Source of the DNA: Octopus vulgaris
Taxonomy: Eukaryota
Reading direction: 5' to 3'
Length of the DNA stretch: 64,000 nucleotides
NCBI GenBank assembly: GCA_951406725.2
Contig: OX597816.1
Coordinates: forward strand, 125,364,001-125,428,000
This document shows positions 49,731-64,000 of the stretch, in pieces. The notes beneath the pieces were generated by a model. The model was given only the letters and a program-made list of their open reading frames with translations, was not told the origin of the DNA and ran no database searches. Each line of letters begins with the position of its first letter. Position 1 is the first letter of the stretch. The position numbers and the translations under genes are program-made.

Positions 49731-51304
49731 AATTTTGTTGGAATTTTATTAATGCAACACATTTTACTGTGTCTAAACTTGAGAATTTCTTGGTCTTCTA
49801 TTCCAACTATGGGCATTATCCATCCGTCAGCTTTTGCGCTCTTTGATCTCGCAACCATATTCCTTAATAGTCTCTGTGTACTTACCGTCAATCCGAACAT
49901 AACTCACTCCAGTGTAGAAGAGAGCACTGATCTCTCCTTCACAACTCTCCATACAAATGCATAATTCACTTGAAACAGAGAAGCCCAATATCAAACGTTT
50001 ACTGCTTCCCGGACGAGACATCGCAATCACAGCTTTTAATCTGGACATGATAAATTAATCCCTGTACATACCAAGAAAACAAATTAATACTCTTCCCACC
50101 ATAGTATCGGATCACTCACACGTAAATTAAAATTAGATTAAATTGAGCTAAGCCTCAAAATGTACAATTTGCTCTGGTGATCTGATATCTAGAACAGAGA
50201 AAAAGCATTTCAGGACTATAAACTACTTTGGTAATTGTTTTTGTTTATAGTTAGTGCGTGTTAACATATACAAGCAATCATAAATTAAACAAAATGACAG
50301 CCACTATGCCGATTGGCAAATATTCATTTACCAACAAACGTTAGGCTATATTTTGGAGAAGCTTGGCACGTTCATTTTGATTGCTCTGCTGTTACAACAA
50401 CTGTCTATCAGGTATATCTTAAAATGAACCAAAATGCTACTTTCTCATTCCATTGCCAATACAGTTTTCTCTCCCATAGACTGGTAACCAATAGCTACCA
50501 CCAAGCTTTCACCCCAATATATTTTTTTTACTGTACGAAATGGTGGTGTCGTAAGAATTCCGGACAAGATGGCTTTTAGTGCTTGTTCTGGGCCTTTGTG
50601 TTTAACACCGTCACATGGTTCTTTGGTGCCTTTAGTAGAGTTCTGTCTTGGAAGAGGGTGACACTGACCTTCAGTCCGATGCTACCCCGAGGCACTAATA
50701 AACAAAGGGTCATGGCCCTACCGATTCTTTCTTAACAAAACAGCAACCTAACAATCCTTTTATCTTGCCCATATTTTTCTTGCAGAAACCATTAACACAC
50801 CTCAATCTAACTCCTATCTTCTAAAAGAGAAGTTAATTTCAATGTAATGTTTTCCTTCATTTATACTTTTAACTAGAAACGAATAGAAACACTAAATGGA
50901 AATATCTTTTACAGAATATTTTAGAGAATATAAACGAGCCAAATTAAATCCCATGTGTTGACATTTCAGTAAAATCCAATTAGGAATAATTTGAAACAAA
51001 AACATCAGCATAGGTTGGTTTCAGGAATGTGATATGATTGTGTATAAGAATTGAAAACAAGACATTCAATTTAAAGAAAAAATGTTTCCAATTCATGAAT
51101 AGCATTTTTCTTTGTTGTATTTTCAGTGTAAATAGTTTTAGGTGACAAAAGTAAAAAAATATTAACTTCATTACTTCAATAAAATATTTAAATTGGCAGT
51201 GACATTTTTTTTACACAATAAGAAATATGTATTTGCATATTTAATTAGATATATTTAGAATTGTTGAATTGAATCGTAGGGGCTATGTTTGTTGACATCA
51301 TTAA

Positions 51305-51527
51305 AATGATGACGATGACGACGATGACGACGGGGAGGAGAAGGAGGAGAAGAAGAAGAAGAAGAAGAAGAAGAAGAAGAAGAAGAAGAAGAAGAAGAAG
51401 AAGAAGAAGAAGAAGAAGAAGAAGAAGAAGAAGAAGAAGAAGAAGAAGAAGAAGAAGAAGAAGAAGAAGAAGAAGAAGAAGAAGAAGAAGAAAAAGAAGA
51501 AAAAGAAGAAGAAGTAGAAGAAGAAGG
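51305..51527. repeat. Long (GAA)n tract with a (GAT/GAC) lead-in
   Basis: Seen directly. Confidence 0.95.
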
Positions 51528-51813
51528 GAATTGTAATAATGATAATGGGGAAGATGAAGGTAAAATTTAAAGTTGACAATTCAAAATCATATCTAATTTG
51601 ATTTCATTTTGAATGAAACATCTCTAGCTCCAGTTTAGTCTGTTAGTTATAGTATATAAAATTCAATTCGGCATGTAATACTTGATATGCAGATTATATA
51701 ACGGCAATATATTTTGATTAAATTATGAAACAAAATAATTAATTGGGCTAATTATATACAAGTCTACAAACTGTAAGTTTAAATGTGTTCTAAAGTCAAT
51801 ATAGAACTCATTA

Positions 51814-51948
51814 TACAGGTTGTCTCATAACGATATGACGCACTTTCAGTGCAAGTAACTATGACTTGGAGAACTAATTCATTAACTAAATTGTAAAATG
51901 CATTCACAGAACACAGTTATATGTCCCATTTATTATGAGACACCCTAC
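51814..51948. mobile_element. Short Tc1/mariner-type MITE
   Basis: TIRs TACAGGTTGTCTCATAA and TTATGAGACACCCTACA. Confidence 0.6.
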
Positions 51949-54617
51949 AGTAAAGTTTTATATCGAAGACAAGTCAGACATGTAATATCTATGCTCGTGG
52001 CAGTACAGGAGTACAATACTGCCTAACAAATCACTGATAAATTATTTGGTTCCACCAAAGCCTACAGCATTGAACCCTATCTTATTAACTTTTAACATAT
52101 CCATACTTGCTAACTTCCTAACAAATTAACATGATCTTCCTATAACTAATTAAGTGACAATAATTTCTTATCTCTTTGAAATTACTGACGATTTCCTTTG
52201 GGATTCGTTTATAATTACAGCCTAGATATTTGTTTTCTTTCTCCGACTAAGAAGTAGATTTCAACCAGTTGCAGAGTTTCTGCGTACCTCATTCTGCACA
52301 TTGTCCCTAAACGTATTTCAGAATAACGTAAGAAATAACTTCTATTATCTTGACCTCAATACTATAGCATGAGAAAAACGTATGGAAATACTAAGGATTT
52401 TCTTTTTATCGGCATCTCACAAAGTATCAGGCATTCTGTGGTATATTTGTTAAAAAATAACCATACGGATTTCTTGATATTCATGTCATACTATTCACGT
52501 CATACTATTCACAAAGTATTATTCTCCCCTTTTCAGACATTGTCATACACTTACTACAATTTCTCACTTTAGCTCAATATGATATTGATTTTTAACCAGT
52601 GCTATTCACTATTTTGAAGACTGTCGGTAATAAAAATTTTAGGTGAAGAGAAGGGAATCAATTATCAAGAAAATCACAACTAACGCGGTGCATTTTTAAG
52701 ACTTACAAAATAGCATTATTCTTATAATATAATCTGATTCACAAATATTCTTTAAACAGATTATATGTCCATTGCAAAATTAGTTTAAGAAAGTGCATCT
52801 ACAGGAGACAATATTCCTCTTAAAATACTAAGCAATATTTTATATTTGAGTATGAACGTGTTTATAAGTACATGTATTTACGAGATAATTCTTTAAGTAC
52901 TAATACATGTGTATTTGTGGAGGTAACGTTTGTAATTACTTAGTGTGTTGTGTAGGTGTATGTAGCTGATTGTCCATAGACTTAGATGTGCAGAATTATA
53001 CATAATGTTCTGTAATTACACAGCATTAATGGTTCATTAAAAAAGTCTCCACCACATGCTTCGTGTGATTCATACACTTGAACTGGCATTCACAGGAATA
53101 TTGTTAAATTAGTCAAACCTCGTTTCCTGTTACTGTGTCCTTGAATTCACAATTTATTTTACATTTGTAGATAAGTGTTTTCCCATTTTACTTAAATTCA
53201 GTTAATTTTTATTGTAGAGTTTATAATCTTTGTTCTGCTAATACAGGAAATTTACATTACCGGTACAGGTGTTACTTAACTCATTAAGCTACTTACACGA
53301 TATAATTGGCAGTTGCTTATGTGCATTGTGTAACTCCAGGAAACTGCTATCTGTTTATTGTTAAGTGAAACCAAATTAAGTAACTAGCATACATTATATT
53401 ATGACAATGTCTTACGACATGTAACTATCTCTCTCGAGACACAAACATGTAATTTCTTGAAAAACTTGTTCTTGCAAAATAGTTCGGTCTTGACGGCAGA
53501 GAGTTTAGTTTTACAGTGACACTTTCGTAACTACTTCTCGTTTAATAGTCTAGAAACCAACTGCGAGCACTAATAAATAATTCTCACATTTTATTAAATA
53601 AACTGCAACAATAAAAAAAAACGTGATATGTATTTTGAGTTCGTTATCTACGTTTATGTGTGCATGTGTATGTATACAAACACATAAATCTATATATGTA
53701 TGTGTGTCTTCGCGTATGTGTTCAAGTCTGTGTTTGTGTGTGTACGCGCGTGTTCGTATATGTGCAAGTGTGTGTGGGTGTGTATGTATGCATGTGTGTG
53801 TGTGTGCGTGTGCTTGGGACTGTGTTTGTGTGGAAATCTGCTAAGTGACTGAATAGCATTACACAGAGAAAACTAATTATAGAAGCAGCGTAGATAAAAT
53901 TTTACGTTCAGGGTATTCTTGAGCCTGGAGCTTATGTTTTCAAGAAAAGCCAAACATATATAACGCAAGTAAAGATATTTTTGGTCGTTGTCGGACATGA
54001 AAATCACGTCCTGCCTCAGGATATCAAATAGGAAAGAAAATATACAAGAAGGGAGAAATCTAACAAGGATATAATCGAACGATACGACGAAAAAATATCT
54101 TTGAATGATAGCAAGCATGGTTGTGCTTCACGGGAAGATATTAAATTCAAATACCCAGACTTCGTCAGTTCTGTATTTATTGACAATTTTCGTACGTTGA
54201 AAATAAATATCTCTTACCATTTCTCTAAAAATGTTTCAAACTAATAGTAACTTGCAAATATCAAACATCATGATGATGTTTGATGTTTCATGTCTAGCAT
54301 TATTCGTTTTGGATGGCTACATGATGTGTAAGATATACTAATAGTGGATCTTAGCAACATCATTAACGACACAATACTAATAGTCAACTATATCGTCTAT
54401 ATGTACTTCATAGTTTCTAGTGAACCGTTAAAATATTTTTGGAGAACTGAAATGGTTCCTTACTACATCCACGCCTCAAAGACAAATTTACTCATTTTAA
54501 ATATCTTTCTCTCATCCTTTTAATTAAATCTAATGATTTATAATCTTTGACTTCTTTATTCTAAGCTGGCTATCGGCATTGATTAGTCTTTTATGGAAGT
54601 TGTTTAAATATACATAC

Positions 54618-54965
54618 CATCATCATCATCATCATCATCATTATCGTCACCATTGAGTTGCATGGCTCGACAGGATTTGATAATCTTGAGGACTGCGCCA
54701 AAATCTACTGTCTGCCTTGGCATGGGTTTTATGGTTGGATGTCTTTCCTAATGCCAACCACATTAAATAGTAGATTGTGTGCTTTTTACGCGGCACCAGC
54801 TCCAGCGAGATCACCAAGTAACTTACAGGAGAAAGATCCCCCAACTGATATGGGGAGTTGTATTGTAGGACGTGGTGATGTGACGTTAGAGTATGAGTAT
54901 GACAGAGGAAGAGAGACAAGTGTCCTGTTGTATAGGAGATACATGGTTGCCCCATTCTAAGCAAA
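54618..54965 (-). mobile_element. RTE-associated 3' end or SINE tail with (GAT)n tail
   Basis: (CAT)n on the plus strand is followed by the GGATGTCTTTCCTAATGCCAACC motif typical of RTE 3'UTRs. Confidence 0.55.
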
Positions 54966-55114
54966 AGAGCGAATGAGAGTGTGTGAGAGAGAAAGAGAGT
55001 GAGAAAGACAAGAGAGGGAGAGAGACAAGAGAGAGAAAGAGAGTGGCGATGTGTCAGAGAATACTAGCAGAGTACAAGGATGTGAATATAAATGGAATAG
55101 TAGAGGATTGTGAT

Positions 55115-55338
55115 ACCACGTAGCTTAGTGATTAGGGTATTTATTTCACATTGCTTCAGTCCACGCAGCTGGCAAAAATGAGTAGTACCTGTATTTCAAA
55201 GGGCCAACCTTGTCACACTCTGTATAACACTGAATCTCCCTGAGAACTACGTTATGGGTACTCATGTTTGTGGAGTGATCAATCATTTGCTCGTTGATGG
55301 AATCAACTAGAACTCTCATTTATCATCATAACCGACGA
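55115..55338 (+). mobile_element. Old tRNA-headed SINE, internally deleted
   Basis: TAGCTTAGTGATTAGGG A-box-like head; body CAGCTGGCAAAAATGAGTAGTACCTG. Confidence 0.55.
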
Positions 55339-55429
55339 CTGACATATAGAGTATAGGATTGTAAAGGATGTATGAACACCCTGATCATGAAAGAGGAGAA
55401 TGGAGAGAAATAAGGAATGCAGAGAGTAG

Positions 55430-56750
55430 TGAAATACGGGCATATGAAATACGAGCAGGCCCATTTATCTGATGGGAAGAGAGTCTTATCCACTTTTTTG
55501 CTATCAACAACTTTAGTCTTCCCTAGATTAATCATAATGCCCTTTGATTCCAAGTTTTGCTTCCGTACTTGGAATTTCTTTACCGATTTCACTAAAGATT
55601 CAGCTACAAGAATGAGGTCATCAGCACATAGTGTTTCCCATGAGCAACTAGTTTTAAATTCCTGTTACCGCCTGGAGGACTGTGAGGAAGAAGAGAGGAC
55701 TGAGAACTGAGCCCTGTTGAACCTCTACTTGTACCATAAATTCGTCACTATACTCATGGCAGATCCTCATCCTATTGATAGCATAGCACTATTATACCTG
55801 GCTTGTAGTGCCCTAACAAGCCGCTCGCTTATTCCTAATTTTCTTAGGGACCACCAAATGAAAAACCAAGGGACTCTGTCAAAAGTTTTCTCCATGTCGA
55901 CGGAAACGAAGTACACTGGTATACTTTTTAGATACTTTTGTTGCTGTCTCACTAGGGAGATTGGTTCTGTAGAACTCGTTCCAGACATAAAATCAAACTG
56001 GACCTCATCACGATTAATTCTATTCCTAATGAATTGGGCTATAACTATCTCTGTATTCTCTGTAAATGTCATCACTTGACCCAACAGTTTGATAGTAGTA
56101 GTTGCTTCTAACACATCACCTTACTCTTGTATCAGCTAACTATAACACTAAACAACAGACATCGGGGATGACACCTTCTTGGATAACATGGTTAAATATA
56201 CGAATTACCAGGCCATATCCTACTCCACCAGATATTTTCAGTATCTCAGCTGGAATCCCTAATGGTTCTCAGGTTTTATTTTTGAAAGACTCATCTTCTC
56301 GTATGTATTCTCTACATTTAGCAACTTTTTATAATGGTACTACTACGAATCATTCTTCTCTGAATCACTAAGTTCAAGCATACCATTATCCATTCGCATA
56401 CATTTCTCAAGCAAAACATCTCTATTCTTATACACTGCTTTGCAATCCGGAATACCACACACCTCTGATATTCACTCTGTGAAACATTGACTAATATTCT
56501 ACTTTCTATTTGCTTTTCATTTTGCTATGTAAATCTGTCACCTAGCTTCTCTTTTGGGTACCTGATATAATTTTCTGCAGCCATCATCTTTCTAGCCTTG
56601 TGCTCTCTCTTTCTTTTTTATAGTACAATCTATATCCTTATTGCATTACTATGTCCCAGCCTAGCTGGGACTTTATGTGAGACATATTTGTCCTGTACAT
56701 ATACTTGAACAAAATGATTTTGACAAAGTTTTTATGTGTTCACTTCTGGA
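55430..56750 (-). mobile_element. Decayed RTE-clade LINE RT fragment
   Basis: ORF 55767..56114 QFDFMSGTSSTEPI..FVSVDMEKTFDRVP..WWSLRKLGISE; ADDLILVAES; NLESKGIMINLGKTKV. Confidence 0.85.
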
Positions 56751-58343
56751 TTTTTAAATCGCATATTACTTGACGACTTCCATTATGTTAGCTTTTAGTA
56801 ACAAGTTGTTGTTTCCTTTTACTGGATAGTTTCTAGGATTGGATATGCTTCAAGAAGTGTTAAGAGTGCTGTGTCAAAGCATTGCATTGCAATATATAAT
56901 TCGAACTTACATCTTATGTTCAAGGAAACCGAGACTGTGTATTATAACACTCCGGTGACAATATCATACTTCCATAAACTGAAACAAAATGTTCTGATAA
57001 AGTAATCAGTTATATTGCATATATCGAATAGGAGGGAATAGGATAGTCTTTCGTTTAATTTTCACTGACTACATATAATAAGCTTTGAAGAAGAGGCTGA
57101 GTTTTGAAAGAAGACAATAAAATAGTCTTGTTCTATATTACCGAATACAGGTACTACTAATTCCTTAGAAATACAAACACCTCGCTAGTTAACATATATG
57201 TACGAACCTCTGTCTTCGTCACCATTCTTACACTTTCAACAAATACTTACACATACGCCCTTTCAACTCACGATTGTTAACCATTACTAGCTCTCTGAAT
57301 CACCCTCACTGGCTATATTTTATTTTAATTATCGATACTATCTAGATACAATTTAGCATTAACGTGGTACAAAAAGGCATCGTCAGTTTAATGTACTAGG
57401 AAATATTTTGGATTCGTTGATACTTCATTAATGAAAATAAAGTCTAGGTCAAATTGTAGTCACACAATACTTAGCGTGCATAAAATCACATGTCTAAATA
57501 TTGTTTTAAAGTAAGATGCTACGTATAAGTCTGTTACATTTCAGGTAGTCTTTTATTCTTTGAAAGGTTTCACTCACTGGATTACGACCGTTTCTGGTTA
57601 TGGGATAAATACGATCAAAGAAATAATGGAAACTAGGCAGTAAAAAGTAACAATAATTTCTTAGAGTTGTAAATTTTGACGAGTCACCATAGAACATTTT
57701 ATCTAATTATCAAAATATGGCAATCTAAGAGAAAATACTGGAATAAATTAGTATCTATAGGAATAAGCTTTCAGGAGTGAGGAAAGTGAGCAAGAACATG
57801 ATTCAAGACACAGACATTCTTTACAATTGACAAATCTAATCTGATTAGCAAAAAAGTATGTAATTTTTAACGAATATTTCTACAGCTAGGACTATCGGAA
57901 ACTTTAAAGGTTTTTATCAACCAATACTTCATATAGCCGCATCAGATATGATTAGGCAAAAACTACATGTGCACGTATTGAATTTCTAGTGTCTGTAACA
58001 TAGGAATTCCTGGCTGATTTATAGCATGGCTTCCTCTTATTACTCTTTTCATTTCATTATCAATCACTTCGCAATTTCAATAACGTATAAATCTTGGCCC
58101 TTACATCAAATAGCTTATTTTAATTTAATGATATAAATTAAATTTAAGTGCAGAGAGTTTTTGTGTCTTCTGGAAATATCTGAATATAAATCACCTTTAT
58201 AAAATGTATTCTATAACAGTTTAGTTAATGAAAAAAAAATAAATGTGTCCGCATATAGATTAGAATTGCAATATGAAAAATATTTAAAGTCAAAGTATAT
58301 TGATATTCTAGACACAGCAAACATTTCAACAAACTGTACAAAG

Positions 58344-58422
58344 CAAAATTTTGTGCAAATTAAGAACAAAATTTTGTGCAAATTAAGAACAAAATTTTGT
58401 GCAAAATAAGAACAAAATTTTG
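58344..58422. repeat. 23-bp minisatellite, about 3.5 copies
   Basis: Unit CAAAATTTTGTGCAAATTAAGAA. Confidence 0.9.
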
Positions 58423-61214
58423 AAAGTAATTTTAATGTGAAGCAGTAGTAACGTTTAACAGTGTTGAAGTGAAAAATGCTGTTAGATAATTCTCTTAGAG
58501 ATATCAACTTCGTTAATCGTCATTCCAATCTAATATTTTCATAAATCAGCGTCAAATATAATATTACGGAAACTATCTTTTGGTATAGAACAAATGAAAT
58601 AAATAATTTATACAAATATATTAAAAATCAGTTGATGCGGTTGATGACCTTCACTTGAAATGACTGTCGTACAACAGCAGGGGATTTGGCTTTTGTTATT
58701 TAGTTTGTGAAAAATCAATGCAATAAAATTGCTTATCGAGAAATTTGTTCAATGCTATTGCTTAGAAATTTGTAATAAAGTGTTTCAAATCAGGCACAGA
58801 TAATTTTCGTATTTGACAGGGCTAATAACTTAAATCAGGAAAATTGTGCGCTCCTGAAAACATAATGTTCCTGGCAAATAAGCATAGGAACATGTTCGCA
58901 TTTTGTCGATTTATTAGATTCACTACATTATTAAAGCTATAACAAAATACACTTTTCGTTGTTCGTTTTTGACCCTTTGAATCCAAAGGGCTGATCACCC
59001 ATTTCTGAATATTTTTTGCAACTATCGTTGAAGCAGTTACTCCTGTAACATGCAATTCTAAAAAACTATCATTTTCTTTGCAACTAAAGCTCAAAATTGC
59101 TTCCATAATGCAACACATCAATTTTAATAATGGTCATTTGAAAATATGACACCACAACCAGGAGTAATGATACTCAAAAACGAAATGAAGAACAGTACGA
59201 AACAAAATAAACTAATTTTATAAAATAAATGAAGAGGAAATTTGAAAAATAAATTAAGCTAACGAACATGTCTAGAGAGATAGTACCAGTTCTTCAAAAA
59301 TCTGTAAATTCTCAAAAAGAATATCGGGTGTACATCATTTGTGTAAGTAAGTTCTTAGAAAATATATTTGCAAAAGAGTTCAAATTTCTATCAGAATATA
59401 TGTTGATAACATGAGTTTCAAATATTTTCTAGGCAGTAAAATATAGCTGCAAGGTTTCTGGACTTTGAACAAACAAGGTTATGGTTGAATTTTGAGAGCC
59501 AAATGAAATAAATTATACAACAAGCGCTCTGTTTTGTAGAGTAGAAAGAAATCTCCTAGACAGCTAATACTTCACTCTATCAATTTTTCTTGAAGCGAAA
59601 ATATTGTTGTGTACTTCGTAGAAATTAAAATCTCTCTCTCTGTCTCACTGTCTCTCTCTGTCTCTCTATCTATCTCTCTCACACACTCACACATACACAC
59701 TTTCTCTCTTTCCCTCTCTATCCTCTCCCCCCCTCTCTCTCTCTCTCTCTCTCTTTCTCAAACTTGTATAAATCTAAAACCGTTCTTGCTAGAAGCAATT
59801 ATCAAGCAGAGACAAGTGTTATAAAAAGAGGCACTACTGATGAGAAGAAACTATATGTTATATCTATTTCTTATTGAATTATTTTAAATTTACTTACTTA
59901 AAATATATCTACATGTTTTGAACAAGTCAAATAAAAATTTTTATATAGACAAAAATTAATCGAGTGAACACCTTAAAACCTTTCGGTTAATGGAACTCAC
60001 TTTCTAAACTATAATTCTCAGACGGAATATGTTATATGGTGCACATTATACTGGTCTACTGCAGTAAAAGTAAATGTGTGAAATATATGACTAATCTTAC
60101 TATACAACTATCTATGGCTTCTGAAAATTCTTAAATTATTGAACTTTATCATGTTGAGAAAGTTTTTACTTTTATGCAGAATCTTTTAAATGGCAGATAA
60201 TCTATAAACAACTGAAACTGTTAACCCATCAATTATATATATCATTCAGAATTATAAATTTACTACAAAACGTAATCGTTTTCTTTCTGAATAAATTGTT
60301 TCATATCCTTCTATGCAGTAGCATAGAATTTAAAGATAAAGCTTTATATTTGCGATATGAAATTTACTTGATTAAAATATCCATTTGAAATATTTTAAAA
60401 TTAATAGTAGAAATTAATTTACTAGTATTGCAGAAATCTATTCTTGCGTCAACAGGAGAAATACATCCATTACCATACGTATACATTTTCTATTCTCTGA
60501 TTAAATATTCTGACACATATTCTCTTAGATTGATAACGAATACCAAATTTTAGCGACTTGAATCGAGACATAAGTGTTTGATATGAATTTCTGTCATGTA
60601 AAATTTGGCATCGACTTCAGATGCGGCTCTAATTTCAGCGTTTAGACATCTTTTATTTATTTTCACTGCATTTCCCATAAATGTCAGGTCCAATAGAGAA
60701 TGAATTATGTATGAACGAGAGGAAATTGTCAGTACCAAATATATAATCATGAACAAATAAGGGATTTGCAGTAATTAATATTCTTGGTAGCCCCTTCATC
60801 ACTTGACATCTGAAACGCTCTACTTAAACATTACACAGCACTTTCCTTTTCATGTATTCTATATAATTTTCCATTTCGTTATCCATATCATTTCGTCCTC
60901 CCTTAGTGATTTTTCCAACTAATTCTGCATAAAAAGTATTTCACTCTCAAAGTGAACAGTACTAGCATCATATTAAAAGCTTCATTTTATTTTATTTTTA
61001 CGCAATGAAGTGTTTTCACCAAATCACAGGCTATTAGTTTTATTTGGTTTTTCACTATAAGTTGCTGGAGTAACTAAAGATTAATATTAATGAATTCAAG
61101 GCGTTCGTTAATGCTCAGCTTTTCCTTGACACACTTAGACATAATTTCAATAAATCATATGGTTAGCTAGAAAATTAAAAAGAAAGCATGTTTTCTTCTA
61201 TATACACATATATT

Positions 61215-61676
61215 GTGAGAGTACATAGCCTAGTGGTTAGGGTGTTTGATATAGAGTACCACATTTGAGGTTCTAACTACTCTACTAGTTGACGTATATA
61301 CACACGCTCACGCATACGTGTGGCTCCTGGTTCAAATCACTGCGTTGCACACTGGGTAAGTTCCGTCTCCTTTCATTTCGGGCCGGCCAAAGCCTTGTGA
61401 GTGGATTTAGTTAATAGAAATTAGAACGCCCTGATATTATTGTGGCAGGAGTCACGTGTGATTTTGTGCCTGTTTTAAGCCTCCACCAACACTGCTTGAT
61501 AACCTGTGTTGGTGTATTTTGCCTCGTAAACTAGTGGTTCGGCAAAAGAGGCCAATAAAAAAAGGACCGCGCTTAAACAAAATACATACTGGAGTCGATT
61601 CATTCAACTAAAATTTTCCAGTGCGGTGCCCTAGCATGTCGCAGTCTGTTTACTGAAATAAGTAAAAGGTAAAAGG
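61215..61676 (+). mobile_element. Old OR-like SINE preceded by an additional tRNA-like head
   Basis: TAGCCTAGTGGTTAGGG head. The body is similar to 16255-16660 (GCCTTGTGAGTG, GGTTCGGCAAAAG, CTGAAA.AAGTAAAAG tail). Confidence 0.7.
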
Positions 61677-61686
61677 CATATATATA

Positions 61687-62922
61687 TATCGGGTTGGCAA
61701 GAAGGCAATTTTGATATTTAGCGTGAAATAACAGCCTTCTTTTATATACAAATAATATACTCTTTTACTCTTTACTCTTTTACTTGTTTCAGTCATTTGA
61801 CTGCGGCCATGCTGGAGCACCGCCTTTAGTCGAGCAAATCAACCCCGGGACTTATTCTTTGTAAGCCCAGTACTTATTCTATCGGTCTCTTTTGCCGAAC
61901 CGCTAAGTGATATATTTTTTCTGTTCGACGTCCTTTTGCTATCTTTCTAGCAATTTTATGATTCCACGCTCATAGAACTTCTGGTCCTTACCAGTCAAAA
62001 ACTGAAGCAAGTGCGATTTCAGGTCATCATCATTATTGATAATTTTACCATTCAAAGAATTCTGTAAATTTCGAAATAAATAGGAATCTGATGTTGCAAG
62101 GCCAGGGCTGTATGGTGGATGTGACATCACTACCCAACTAGGCTCCAATAATTTTTCACGAATTAACAAAAATATGTGTCGTCTAGCTTTGTCATAGCGG
62201 AACACGATTCTTTTACGATTTGCTAATCCTGGCCGTTTTCCTTTGATTGTTTTCTCCAGTTTCATTAGTTGTTGACAGTAAACATCTGAATTGAACGTCT
62301 AGCTCCTTGGAAGCAGTTCAAAATACCCAACACCTTTGTAATCCCACCAAATTGACATTATGACCTTTTTCGATGCAATTCAGCTTTTGATGTGATTTGT
62401 GCTGGTTCATTATGCTTGGACCATGATCGTTTTCGATTGATGTTATTGTAGACAATCCATTCTTCCTCACCAGTTATGATTCGTTTCAAAATAACTGCAA
62501 TCTCTCGTACAGTTATATGACAATCAGATTTAATTATGGCTTTCATTCGCTCATCCTCAACTTCAGTTGGTCGACGAGAATGTTGGTCATCTTTGAGTGA
62601 CAAATCTGAACGGAATTTTTAAAACCATTTCTGTCATGAGCATTTTATTAAGCAATCATCACCACAAACTTCACACATTTCTTTGTGAGCCTCAGGAGCT
62701 TTCTAGCCTTTACGAAAATAAAAAAGCAAAATATGGCGAAAATGTTCGTTGTTGAGATCCATGTTAAAATTGACACTTAACTAACAGCTGTAAACAAAAT
62801 TAATGGCAATTTGCTTCTAAAATAAGCTAAAACGTAAAATACGTATAAGATTGATAATGAAAATCGTTCAACAAAATCGTAACCCTGTTTGTGAAAAACG
62901 AAATTACTTTCTTATCGACCGA

Positions 62923-62925
<3 letters not shown>
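61687..62925 (-). mobile_element. Mariner transposon relic with both TIRs
   Basis: Left TIR TATCGGGTTGGCAAGAAGGCAATTT; right TIR reverse complement TATTCGGTCGATAAGAAAGTAATTT. ORFs 62358..62603 (RIITGEEEWIVYNN) and 61939..62265 (HPPYSPGLATSD). Confidence 0.85.
61758..61910 (-). mobile_element. 5'-truncated young OR-like SINE nested in the mariner
   Basis: The reverse complement is nearly identical to 16514-16660, with a (CTCTTTTA)n tail. Confidence 0.85.
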
Positions 62926-62977
<52 letters not shown>

Positions 62978-63337
62978 GACAGATAGATAGATATTACATA
63001 TATGTATATATATTATATATATATATTTATATATATACAGAGAGAGAGAGAGAGAGAGTGAGAGAGATTATTTAGTTAACTAGTGATATTATTTATGCAA
63101 ATATATCACGGTAATGGTGAAGCAAGGAGGAAGGAAAATTAGAACTCAGTATAGAGGTGTATATATATATATATATATATTATTATTATTATTATTTAAA
63201 GAAGCGACAGAGGAACTCAAAATCGGTGATTCCGTGTGTTGGTAGTTATACTATATATATATATATACAATTGGCTTTATGTTTGAGTGTAAAAGATGAA
63301 AAATGGTTATAGATTCGCTTTTTCATGTTTATCGAAC

Positions 63338-63414
<77 letters not shown>

Positions 63415-63514
63415 GAGAGAACTATTAATTTAATATAATATAATATATTTTACTATAAAATTGGATTTAATCCTAAATCTGATTTTTCCCTGTAAGTTTG
63501 GATTTATTCCTTAA

Positions 63515-63552
<38 letters not shown>

Positions 63553-63644
63553 TAGATCGTCATGTATGAAATTTGCAGAAAAAAATAATAGTTTGTGTCC
63601 GGGGAGAGTCATTCTCTTTTAGTGCCTTATAAAGAAAAGTTTGC

Positions 63645-64000
63645 AAATGTTTTATAAATACATGGAACAGTTTTATTCATCAAAGTATTCACCCATATTG
63701 TCAATGCATTTTTGCCATTTCAGCAGTAGCTTGTCCAGTCCGGATCTGTAAAAGCCTGGCAATCTAGAGTCAATAAAATCTTGGAAGGCCTGCTTTACAG
63801 CATCTTAGGAATTAATTTTTTTCCAGTCAATAAGTTATCCAAATTTTGAAAGAAGTGGTAGTCATTGGGAGCAAGATCAGATGAGTATGGTGGATGATGA
63901 TGAACTTCCAACTCCAACTCCTGTAGTTTCGCAAATGTCATTTTTGCGATATGTGTTCTGGCGTTGTCTTGCAATAAAATAGGAGTGGATCTGTTGACTA
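63645..64000 (-). mobile_element. Mariner transposase C-terminus, continues beyond the window
   Basis: Minus strand reads PILLQDNARTH..HPPYSSDLAPNDYHFF..KWQKCIDNMGEYFDE*. Confidence 0.85.

Noticed and set aside
63070-63630. Possible additional repeat broken by (TA)/(GA) microsatellites, with a small hairpin near 63602-63620
   Set aside because: No TIR, TSD, ORF or ribozyme core that I can verify; left unclassified.

Overview
This is AT-rich, microsatellite-dense eukaryotic (animal) DNA in which I can support no host gene. The SINE types and repeat landscape point to an octopus or other coleoid cephalopod genome; that assignment is an inference from remembered repeat families. Positions 1-24 kb are a graveyard of co-oriented R4/Dong-like non-LTR retrotransposons (RT + CCHC + restriction-like endonuclease) sitting in (TAA)n arrays, plus a complete Chapaev3-type DNA transposon with TIRs and a TTA TSD. 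Positions 26-38 kb and 50-61 kb are mostly non-coding with old repeats. The most interesting locus is 38.5-46.4 kb, where two Penelope-like elements (RT + GIY-YIG) lie tail-to-tail, each with a minimal hammerhead ribozyme motif. One has a composite terminal module (tRNA-like Pol III head, (TAA)n, hammerhead) whose microsatellite has been invaded by a full-length Dong-like LINE. Mariner relics, MITEs, tRNA-derived SINEs and an RTE LINE fill the rest. All long ORFs are broken TE remnants. Family letters (A, B, C, E) are my own labels. Boundaries of decayed elements are approximate, and identity estimates are by eye.
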